Shown here: positions 19,550-26,233 of the stretch, piece by piece
Numbering within the stretch: position 1 is the stretch's first letter
Layout: every line of letters begins with the position of its first letter
Assembly: GCA_035289185.1 (NCBI GenBank)
Contig: DATDXT010000033.1
Location: 1-30,416 of the forward strand
Source: an archaeon
Lineage (GTDB): Archaea; Aenigmatarchaeota; Aenigmatarchaeia; CG10238-14; SCSR01
Length of the DNA: 30,416 bases
Reading direction: 5' to 3'
Program-made: the position numbers and the translations under genes
The notes under the pieces: model-generated
Told to the model about the DNA's origin: nothing
Databases searched by the model: none
Seen by the model: the letters and a program-made list of their open reading frames with translations, nothing else

Positions 19550-20890
19550 ATGGTATTGGAAGACCTTGGAGGAGGATTGAAAGCAGCTTTCAACAGGCTG
19601 GTATCCTCAGTCACAGTGGACAAGTCATTGATAGAGCAGACAGTCTCAGACATAAGAAGGGCTTTAATTCAATCAGATGTAAATCTCCAGCTTGCAAATG
19701 ATATTGCAGACAAAATAAAGAAAAGATCGATGGAGGAAAAGACACCTTCTGGCATGAGCAAGCGTGAACAAGTAGTAAAGATAGTATACGAAGAGCTCGT
19801 GAACATGCTTGGAAAGAAGTTCCAGCCATTGAAGCTTGACAAGAAACCATCCATCATACTTATGGCAGGCTTGCTTGGAGCAGGAAAGACCACAAGCACG
19901 GCCAAACTGGCAAGATACATACAGAAGCAGGGAAGGAATGTCGGAATCATAGGAGCAGACGTCTACAGACCAGCGGCTTTAGCGCAATTGGAACAGTTAG
20001 CAAAGCAGATCAACGTCCCAGTGTACGGTGAAAAGGGAAATAAGAATGCTGTGAAGATTGTAGAGAACGGGATGAAAGAGTTTGCGAAGAAAGATGTCAT
20101 CATTATCGATACAGCAGGCAGGTACAAGCAGTCAGAAGAGTTGATGAAGGAGATAAGGCAGATAGGCGAAAAGGTCAAGCCGGACGAGACCATACTCGTC
20201 ATCGATGCCACTATAGGACAGCAGGCCAAACAACAGGCTGAAGCATTCCACAAGGCAGTTCCGATTGGCAGCGTGATGATAACAAAGATGGATGGTACTT
20301 CAAAAGGCGGAGGCGCGTTGAGCGCTTGCAGTGTCACTGGAGCTAATGTCAAGTTCATAGGAATGGGAGAGAAGATAGACAGCCTTGAATTGTACGATCC
20401 TGACAGGTTTGTTTCCAGGATGTTAGGTTTGGGTGATTTGCAGACATTGCTGGAGAAGGTGAAGGAGACAGGAGTCAGCAAAGAATCAATGGAAAAGATG
20501 ATGGAAGGAAAATTCACATTGCAGGACTTCATAGAACAGATAGAGAATGTAAGCAAGGTAGGATCTTTATCGCAGATAGCAGGAATGATACCTGGGTTTG
20601 GCAGCGTGAAACTGCCTAAGGAAGCATTGGAGAAGCAGGAAAGAAAGATGAAGATATGGAAGTTCATAATCCAGAGCATGACAAAGAAGGAGAGAGAGGA
20701 TCCAGCGCTTGTTGATGCAGCTAGAATCAAGAGGATAGCAAAAGGTTCTGGCAGGCAGGAGATGGAAGTAAGGGAATTATTGAACCAGTACAGTTCAATG
20801 AAGAAGATGATGAAGGGACTTGGCGGAGTAAGAGGAATGGATAGGGGTCAGATGAAGGAATTGGCCAAGCAAATGGGATTGAAGTTTTGA
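19550..20890 (+). CDS. srp54: Signal recognition particle protein SRP54
   Basis: MVLEDLGGGLKAAFNRL..., GLLGAGKTTSTAKLA, DTAGR, TKMDGTSKGGGALS, and a Met-rich M domain. The ORF-track start at 19466 is a TTG, and the homologous N-terminus begins at the ATG at 19550. Confidence 0.95.
   Translation: MVLEDLGGGLKAAFNRLVSSVTVDKSLIEQTVSDIRRALIQSDVNLQLANDIADKIKKRSMEEKTPSGMSKREQVVKIVYEELVNMLGKKFQPLKLDKKPSIILMAGLLGAGKTTSTAKLARYIQKQGRNVGIIGADVYRPAALAQLEQLAKQINVPVYGEKGNKNAVKIVENGMKEFAKKDVIIIDTAGRYKQSEELMKEIRQIGEKVKPDETILVIDATIGQQAKQQAEAFHKAVPIGSVMITKMDGTSKGGGALSACSVTGANVKFIGMGEKIDSLELYDPDRFVSRMLGLGDLQTLLEKVKETGVSKESMEKMMEGKFTLQDFIEQIENVSKVGSLSQIAGMIPGFGSVKLPKEALEKQERKMKIWKFIIQSMTKKEREDPALVDAARIKRIAKGSGRQEMEVRELLNQYSSMKKMMKGLGGVRGMDRGQMKELAKQMGLKF
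20863..20890 (+). repeat. Direct repeat copy 1: the functional 3' end of srp54 (AKQMGLKF*)
   Basis: GGCCAAGCAAATGGGATTGAAGTTTTGA recurs at 21960-21987 with 23/28 identity by my manual alignment. Both copies encode AKQMGLKF-stop. Confidence 0.8.
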
Positions 20891-20897
20891 GTTATCA

Positions 20898-20913
20898 TGT
20901 AACACGTGTTACA
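20898..20913. promoter_or_regulatory. Perfect 16-bp palindrome TGTAACACGTGTTACA
   Basis: Read directly from the sequence, 8 nt after the srp54 stop. CACGTG core. Confidence 0.6.
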
Positions 20914-20921
20914 CAGCCAAA

Positions 20922-20968
20922 TTTTGTAGTCACCTATATACAAAAAGTTTATATATTGTAGTCACCTA
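20922..20968 (+). repeat. Two direct copies of TTGTAGTCACCTA flanking the fic TATA box
   Basis: TTGTAGTCACCTA occurs at 20924-20936 and 20956-20968, 32 bp apart. TTTATATA (20948-20955) lies between them. The second copy sits between the TATA box and the ATG. Confidence 0.8.
20948..20955 (+). promoter_or_regulatory. Putative TATA box for fic
   Basis: TTTATATA lies 22 nt upstream of the ATG at 20978 (leaderless geometry). Confidence 0.45.
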
Positions 20969-20977
20969 ATACTTATT

Positions 20978-21928
20978 ATGCACGTGGAAATAAGGAACGT
21001 TGGCAGAAAGAAAAAATATTACCTTGCACACTCATTCAGGCATGATGGGAAGGTCAAAAAGTTCAGATTTTATCTTGGAACTGATTTGACAAAAACAGAA
21101 TTAAACGACAAAATAAAACACGCAAAGGAAATTTTGGATGAGAGGATAAAAGCATATGGAAAAGTAGGAGACCCGTTCTATACAGTTATTACATCCAAAG
21201 AATTGGAATATGTAAAACATCTGGAAGATAAATACAGGATGGAAGAAATAAAAGTTTTGCACCTGTCTGAAAAAAACTGGGCCGAATTTACAAAAGCATT
21301 CACATACGATACCAATGCCATAGAGGGATCCACCGTGACTTTTACAGAAGTCTCTGACATATTGGAAAAAAAAGAATGGCCTAAAGAAAAGCAAAAATGG
21401 GAGATATCTGAAACATATGGAGTTGCGGAAGCCGTTGATTTCATAAGAAATTCTAGGGAAGACATCTCTTTAAAATTGATAAAAGAACTCCACAGGATTG
21501 TGTTCAAGAATTCCAAGGATTTTGCAGGCAAATTCAGGAAGAATGGAGAGGAGGTCGCTGTAGTGGACGCCTTTGGCAATATAAAACATAGAGGAGCCCC
21601 ATCATCGCAGATTGTCAGGCTTCTTAATGAATTGATACGTTGGTATGGCAAAAACAACCGGAAATATCCTGCATTGGTGTTGGCTGCTGTGGTACACAAT
21701 CATTTTGAAACTATACATCCATTCAAGGACGGAAATGGGAGAGTCGGAAGGCTTTTGTTGAACAACATATTGTTGAAGCACGGTTTGCCGCCCGTCAACA
21801 TAGAGCTGAAAAGCAGGCAGGAATACTACAGGGCACTGCAGGAATATCAAAAAATGAGGAATCTTCGACCAATGATAGAGCTTATATTGAGAGAATACAG
21901 GAGATTTATGAAAAGCCTGAACAGGTGA
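20978..21928 (+). CDS. fic: Fic-domain protein (AMPylator-type), class II with an N-terminal inhibitory helix
   Basis: 316 aa. Canonical Fic motif HPFKDGNGRVGR (HxFx[D/E]GNGRxxR). Upstream inhibitory motif TNAIEG ([S/T]xxxE[G/N]). Confidence 0.92.
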   Translation: MHVEIRNVGRKKKYYLAHSFRHDGKVKKFRFYLGTDLTKTELNDKIKHAKEILDERIKAYGKVGDPFYTVITSKELEYVKHLEDKYRMEEIKVLHLSEKNWAEFTKAFTYDTNAIEGSTVTFTEVSDILEKKEWPKEKQKWEISETYGVAEAVDFIRNSREDISLKLIKELHRIVFKNSKDFAGKFRKNGEEVAVVDAFGNIKHRGAPSSQIVRLLNELIRWYGKNNRKYPALVLAAVVHNHFETIHPFKDGNGRVGRLLLNNILLKHGLPPVNIELKSRQEYYRALQEYQKMRNLRPMIELILREYRRFMKSLNR

Positions 21929-21954
21929 CTACATTTCTATGTTTTGTAGTCACC
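21924..21954. repeat. Perfect 10-bp inverted repeat GGTGACTACA-N11-TGTAGTCACC (hairpin) overlapping the fic stop codon
   Basis: Read directly from the sequence. The left arm contains the fic TGA (21926-21928). The right arm is the same TTTTGTAGTCACC found at 20922-20934. Confidence 0.8.
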
Positions 21955-21959
21955 CAGTC

Positions 21960-21987
21960 GGCCAAGCAGATGGGATTGAAATTCTAG
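21960..21987 (+). pseudogene. Displaced remnant of an srp54 3' end (AKQMGLKF*)
   Basis: GGCCAAGCAGATGGGATTGAAATTCTAG. It differs from 20863-20890 only at CAA/CAG, AAG/AAA, TTT/TTC and TGA/TAG, which are all synonymous or stop-to-stop. Confidence 0.7.
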
Positions 21988-21995
21988 AAATCCAT

Positions 21996-22958
21996 CTATT
22001 TTAGATAGTTGTAAATGGTTCTAGATACATTGCTGGCTGTTTCACTGAAATCTTTTTTTGTTGTCCCAGAACTCATTATACATAACATATAAGGTTTGTT
22101 TGGTGCATAGATTATTCCACAATCATGATAGCTTTTTGTAGGACCCCAATCGCCTATCTTATGAGCCACTTTTATATTGTCTGGCAAACCAGATACTATT
22201 CCGTAATCAAATTTTGTATCTGAAAGCAGAGAAAGTATAAAGTTAGAAAATGTTCTTCTAAGATAGGCAGAATAGTATAAAGCGCGTAAAATGTTCATAT
22301 AATTTTTTGGAGTGATTGCAGTCGAACTTATATCAGGCGAAAATGAGGGTGGAGGAAGTCCCATTGCAATATAAGCTTCTGCCAGATCGCCATATGTCAG
22401 TTGTCTGACAAGTACATTGTATGCTGTGTTATCAGATTCGTTTATAACAAAGTTCAGAGCAGATTTCACATCAATGTCATATCCATATCCCTTAGAAGCT
22501 AGACTGCCAAATGTAAGATTAGGTTCTATATCAGCCTCGGAAATTGTCAATTTTGTTTCCATAGACAGGTAGCCATCCTCTAATTTTTTTACTATAGCGA
22601 TCACTGCTGGAGTTTTAAGTAGGCTTGCTGGTACGAACATATCCCTTTCATTAATTCCAAACCATGCTCCTGTTATAAGGTCTTCAAAATAAATACCATA
22701 ATGGCCTTTTGACGAGTTTGTTATTTTCTCAACTTCTGTTTTTAATGGTGTATACGAAACTGTAAGGTATTGTTGTCCCCGAAGAAAATTATTCACTTCC
22801 ATACTTGCTGTCTGAGGATCAATGAGTGCATAATTATCAGAACGGTCTCTTTCCCAAGAGTTGCTTATGATGTAAACTATGAGCGAAATATTTATAACAA
22901 CCATTATAGAAAACCAAAACTTGAGAGATTTCAAATCTATTTCAATTTTAGACACCAT
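21996..22958 (-). CDS. Class-A beta-lactamase-like / penicillin-binding-fold serine hydrolase with an N-terminal membrane anchor
   Basis: SxxK (ASLLK), SDN (ESDNTAYN) and KTG-like (HKIGD) motifs in the right order and spacing. N-terminal TM segment FWFSIMVVINISLIVYIISN. The ORF-track start at 22967 is TTG, and the ATG at 22958 is preferred. Confidence 0.72.
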   Translation of the reverse strand: MVSKIEIDLKSLKFWFSIMVVINISLIVYIISNSWERDRSDNYALIDPQTASMEVNNFLRGQQYLTVSYTPLKTEVEKITNSSKGHYGIYFEDLITGAWFGINERDMFVPASLLKTPAVIAIVKKLEDGYLSMETKLTISEADIEPNLTFGSLASKGYGYDIDVKSALNFVINESDNTAYNVLVRQLTYGDLAEAYIAMGLPPPSFSPDISSTAITPKNYMNILRALYYSAYLRRTFSNFILSLLSDTKFDYGIVSGLPDNIKVAHKIGDWGPTKSYHDCGIIYAPNKPYMLCIMSSGTTKKDFSETASNVSRTIYNYLK

Positions 22959-22966
22959 TTCTACCA

Positions 22967-22996
22967 ATTATACAATAAATAGATTTATTGTATAAT
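22967..22996. promoter_or_regulatory. 30-bp near-perfect palindrome ATTATACAATAAAT-AG-ATTTATTGTATAAT in a divergent promoter region
   Basis: Two perfect 14-bp arms (22967-22980 and 22983-22996), checked base by base. Lies between the serine-hydrolase ATG (22958) and the trmY ATG (23015). Confidence 0.75.
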
Positions 22997-23014
22997 AAAC
23001 CAAAGATAACTTTC

Positions 23015-23614
23015 ATGAGAGAATTCATCCTAAGGGCATCCAAGACAGTGACCAATCCTAACTACATCAATCTGAATGACTTGCCTGGTGCAGGAAGACT
23101 TGATCTTGTTTGCAGGTGTGTTACAAATGCTTTGTTCATCTCCAACGACATGCGCAGAGATACAATCATCCATGTCGTGCTGGAAGGCCCAAACTACCCG
23201 CCTAAGACTGTAAGTTTTGATGGAAACGAGTTGAGAAGTCTTGCTCCGGACGAAAGGAACTGCGCATCCCACATAAAGATAGCGTTGGAAAGAGGAGACA
23301 GTCTAAAGATAGGAGAAAGCAAGAAATCTGAGGACGGTATAACTGTAAGCAAGAAAAGCTTTGAGGCTTGGATAAAGGAGAAGAGCAAGACAAACCAGTT
23401 GATATATCTTCATCCTGAAGGTAAGGACATAAGGGAGTTCAAGTTCGAGAAAGATGTCTGTTTTGTGATGGGCGACCACGTGGGTTTGGAAAAAGTAACC
23501 GAGAAGCTTCTGAAGAGGTTCGGTGCTGTAAAAGTAAGTCTGGCTCCTGCATACTATCTGGCATCGCAATGCATAACCATCTGCCATAACGAGCTTGATT
23601 TAAGGCTAAAGTAG
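23015..23614 (+). CDS. trmY: SPOUT-class tRNA (pseudouridine54-N1)-methyltransferase TrmY-like protein
   Basis: MREFILRASKT...LPGAGRLDLVCRCVTNALFISNDMRRD...APDERN matches my recollection of the archaeal TrmY (DUF358) N-terminal signature. The ATG at 23015 is preferred over the ORF-track TTG at 22988. Confidence 0.8.
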   Translation: MREFILRASKTVTNPNYINLNDLPGAGRLDLVCRCVTNALFISNDMRRDTIIHVVLEGPNYPPKTVSFDGNELRSLAPDERNCASHIKIALERGDSLKIGESKKSEDGITVSKKSFEAWIKEKSKTNQLIYLHPEGKDIREFKFEKDVCFVMGDHVGLEKVTEKLLKRFGAVKVSLAPAYYLASQCITICHNELDLRLK

Positions 23615-23617
23615 GGC

Positions 23618-23625
23618 TTTATATA
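23618..23625 (+). promoter_or_regulatory. Putative TATA box for the 23665-24747 operon
   Basis: TTTATATA lies 39 nt upstream of the ATG at 23665. AAGGTG (SD-like) sits 6 nt before the ATG. Confidence 0.4.
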
Positions 23626-23664
23626 CTTTTACTACCTTATAGTGACATAAGAAAGGTGTCTAAA

Positions 23665-24306
23665 ATGTCAGAGTTAAAAGAACTGTTAGGTTCATTGGAA
23701 GACTTGTCTAGCAGAGCAGCTTATCATGCTGTTAATCAGGAGCCAAGATTAGCTTATAAGACATTATCAGATTTAGAAAACATGCTAAACGATGAGAATG
23801 TTAAAAAAGTCTTACCTCAGAATTCTTACAATGCTTTTCTTGAAAGAAAAACCCAGATAGAAAATTATATGAACAAAACAAGTAAAAAAAGGACAGAATT
23901 TGCAAAAAAATCAATGGCCGCATCACAAGTATATGGTTTTTTATACAGCGCAGAAAATGCTTTAGAATCTGCAATATTATTCTCGTCTCCAAAGGAAGAG
24001 ATGAAATATTATGTGTCCTCTTTAGACTTTGTAAAGAAAATGGAAGCTATGTCTTTTAACTATGGAATAGATGTTCCACAGAGAGCCGTGGATTTCAAAC
24101 AAAAATTGGAAAAAGCAGCCAAAGACAGATATCTAAAACACGCAGATGCACTTATAGAATCGAAAAGATTCCCAGAAGCTGAAGACATGTTGAATGATGC
24201 AGAACAGTTTATAATTACATTAACAGATAAAGTCGATACAGAAGATCTTGACATAGAACAGCGTAGAAAAGTGATAAGAGAATCTTTTACTAGAACAGGT
24301 GATTAA
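23665..24306 (+). CDS. Hypothetical all-helical protein
   Basis: About 213 aa from the ATG at 23665 (the ORF track uses the GTG at 23656). Composition looks helical or coiled. No family motif recognised. Confidence 0.6.
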   Translation: MSELKELLGSLEDLSSRAAYHAVNQEPRLAYKTLSDLENMLNDENVKKVLPQNSYNAFLERKTQIENYMNKTSKKRTEFAKKSMAASQVYGFLYSAENALESAILFSSPKEEMKYYVSSLDFVKKMEAMSFNYGIDVPQRAVDFKQKLEKAAKDRYLKHADALIESKRFPEAEDMLNDAEQFIITLTDKVDTEDLDIEQRRKVIRESFTRTGD

Positions 24307-24307
24307 A

Positions 24308-24571
24308 ATGTCAGAACAAACAACTGTTAGAGAAGGTATTGCAAAACAGATTATGCTTAGTTATTTTCCAGAGCTTAGAAACGACCAGCCAAAAAATATG
24401 ATTAAAGTTTATGGAAGAGACCAGTCTGCCATAGGTTTCTACATTACAAAGATTGCTGGAGCTCCAAACAGAGCAGGAAGACCATTGTACAGAGTCAGAC
24501 AGGGAGAGATTGGTGGAACAACTGACATACCTATTACAGATCCTGAAAATTATAGAAGGGTATTAATGTAA
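24308..24571 (+). CDS. Hypothetical small protein
   Basis: 87 aa from the ATG at 24308, 1 nt after the upstream stop and preceded by GGTGAT (SD). Shares the same TAAAATGTCAGA start context as the upstream gene. Confidence 0.55.
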   Translation: MSEQTTVREGIAKQIMLSYFPELRNDQPKNMIKVYGRDQSAIGFYITKIAGAPNRAGRPLYRVRQGEIGGTTDIPITDPENYRRVLM

Positions 24572-24609
24572 TAACTTTATTTTCCAGAGAAGGCGAGCGT
24601 CTTTTAGAA

Positions 24610-24747
24610 ATGGCTGAAAGAGCAGTAAGATCGAAAGAATATGCTGAAAAAGTTGAAGCTAAGGTTGATGCAGCAGAGGCAAGATATAGAGAGACGCGTC
24701 CTTTATGCAACCCTGTTATCATTGAGAAAAAGCCGTTGCCTGAATAG
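24610..24747 (+). CDS. Candidate small ORF (45 aa, MAERAVRSKEYAEKVEAKVDAAEARYRETRPLCNPVIIEKKPLPE)
   Basis: My own translation. It falls below the ORF-track size cutoff. It is on the same strand as the operon, 38 nt downstream of it. It reads as a helical, charged sequence. Confidence 0.3.
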   Translation: MAERAVRSKEYAEKVEAKVDAAEARYRETRPLCNPVIIEKKPLPE

Positions 24748-24779
24748 AATATAGATTATAGTTACAGATTAGTTTTGTG

Positions 24780-24810
24780 AAAAATAAAAAAAAGAAAAAA
24801 GAAAGGAAAA
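24780..24810 (-). terminator. Oligo-T tract (minus strand) downstream of ftsZ
   Basis: The plus strand reads A-rich (AAAAATAAAAAAAAGAAAAAAGAAAGGAAAA), so the minus-strand transcript carries long U runs. This is the usual archaeal termination signal. Confidence 0.5.
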
Positions 24811-24814
24811 GTTT

Positions 24815-24889
24815 TCACTCATCTATTGTGTTCTCAGTAGAATCCTCTGAATCGAATTCATCCAGGGGGTCCCACATGTCTTCTTCCAT
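24815..24889 (-). CDS. Candidate micro-ORF (24 aa, MEEDMWDPLDEFDSEDSTENTIDE)
   Basis: My own translation. The ATG at 24889 is preceded by AAGGAAGGGAAAAG. The stop lies 4 nt before the oligo-T tract. The ORF sits between the ftsZ stop and the terminator. Confidence 0.25.
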   Translation of the reverse strand: MEEDMWDPLDEFDSEDSTENTIDE

Positions 24890-24937
24890 TTCTTTTCCCT
24901 TCCTTTAAGCTTTTTGAAGAATTGGGCGAGGTTACCC

Positions 24938-26116
24938 TCACCTAATTATGTCAATACCGAGCGCTCTACTGATTTCCTTAACTACAGGCTTCTCGAAGCT
25001 TACAGGACCTACTATGTACGGCGACTTTACGCCAGTTATGATAGTGATTACCTGTAATCTTCCTTCGAAATCAGGAAGTACTCTTGCTCCCCAGTAGATT
25101 TGTGCTTGGGAATCCAGATGTTTGGACACTGATTCACCGATCATATTGACCTCATCTAATCTGAGATCAGTACCTCCGGTTATGTGTATCAAAGCACCGC
25201 TGGCTCCTGCGTAATCCACTTCAAGCAAGGGGTTTTCCAATGCCTTCGTTATGGCGTCTTTTGCTCTGTCGGAACTGTTTGACTCGCCAACACCGATAGC
25301 TGCCACTCCACCAGAATGCATCAACGCTTTCACGTCTGCATAGTCCAGGTTTACTAGACTTGGCAGGGTTATAGTCTCGGTTATTCCTTTGACCATGCTA
25401 GCGACTAGTTCGTCTGCTACTGCGAATGCCTGTTGGATCGTAAGGTTTCCTGCATACTTCAGCAATCTATCGTTCTCGATGACAATGGCTGTATCACAGA
25501 CTTGTCTGAGCATAGCCAAACCATCTTCGGCTTTTATTTGCCTAGATCCTTCCAACTTGAAAGGCATGGTAACTACTGCTATTACAATAGCTCCCATTGA
25601 TTTTGCCACTTCGCAAACGATTGGAATGCTTCCAGTACCGGTACCTTTTCCAAGGCCCGCAAGAGCGAACACTAGGTCTGCACCATCTATCGTGTCTTTG
25701 ATTTCGCTTCTAGACTCTTCAGCAGCTTTCTTACCCACTTCTGGGTAACCGCCTGCGCCTAGACCGCGAGTCAACTCTTTTCCTATGAGAATCTTTTTGT
25801 CTGCTTTTCCTACTGCTAAATGTTTAGCATCTGTGTTCAATGCTATGGTTGTTGCACCGTCAATGCCCATTTCTGTCAATCTTGTGATTGTGTTTTGTCC
25901 CGCACCACCGCAGCCGACTACTACGATCTTTGCTCTTTTCACAGCAAAGCCGAATTCCTGCTCGGCCAACTTGTAATAATCTACATTACTGTATGTAGCG
26001 CCAGATGTGTTCTCTAGTTTGAATCTGTTTCGAGGTGTTTCTTCTACCCAATTGCTCTTCCCTATCGCGTTTTTTATTATCGAATCCATTTTTTGTTCAC
26101 CTATGTTTTTTATCAT
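24938..26116 (-). CDS. ftsZ: Cell division GTPase FtsZ
   Basis: 392 aa with VVGCGGAGQNT, NTDAKHL, GAGGYPEVGKKAAEES, AGLGKGTGTGS (a variant of GGGTGTG) and ENDRLL. Confidence 0.93.
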   Translation of the reverse strand: MIKNIGEQKMDSIIKNAIGKSNWVEETPRNRFKLENTSGATYSNVDYYKLAEQEFGFAVKRAKIVVVGCGGAGQNTITRLTEMGIDGATTIALNTDAKHLAVGKADKKILIGKELTRGLGAGGYPEVGKKAAEESRSEIKDTIDGADLVFALAGLGKGTGTGSIPIVCEVAKSMGAIVIAVVTMPFKLEGSRQIKAEDGLAMLRQVCDTAIVIENDRLLKYAGNLTIQQAFAVADELVASMVKGITETITLPSLVNLDYADVKALMHSGGVAAIGVGESNSSDRAKDAITKALENPLLEVDYAGASGALIHITGGTDLRLDEVNMIGESVSKHLDSQAQIYWGARVLPDFEGRLQVITIITGVKSPYIVGPVSFEKPVVKEISRALGIDIIR

Positions 26117-26138
26117 ATATTTTCCAGTATCTAAAACC

Positions 26139-26146
26139 TTTTATAT
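26139..26146 (-). promoter_or_regulatory. Putative TATA box for ftsZ
   Basis: The minus strand reads ATATAAAA, 22 nt upstream of the ATG at 26116. Confidence 0.4.
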
Positions 26147-26170
26147 GGTCTTGGATAACTTATCTTTAGA

Positions 26171-26233
26171 AAGAAATAAACTATTTTATTGGTACTCGTA
26201 CCAAAAAAGAAATAATCTCGACAATTATTTCTT
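26171..26233. promoter_or_regulatory. Cluster of repeats in the ftsZ/receiver divergent region
   Basis: AAGAAATAA occurs at 26171-26179 and 26207-26215 and inverted at 26225-26233. The latter two form a 10-bp perfect inverted repeat, AAGAAATAAT-N7-ATTATTTCTT (26207-26233). TTGGTAC-TC-GTACCAA lies at 26189-26204. Confidence 0.55.

Larger units (their letters stand above)
20891..21959 (+). mobile_element. Putative inserted Fic cassette (no recombinase gene) bounded by duplicated srp54 3' ends
   Basis: About 1.07 kb lies between the two srp54-3'-end copies. It carries its own TATA box, the fic gene, four TGTAGTCACC motifs and a 16-bp palindrome. Confidence 0.5.

Noticed and set aside
19963-20730. 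255-aa minus-strand ORF
   Set aside because: It is antisense to srp54, which carries clear GTPase and M-domain motifs.
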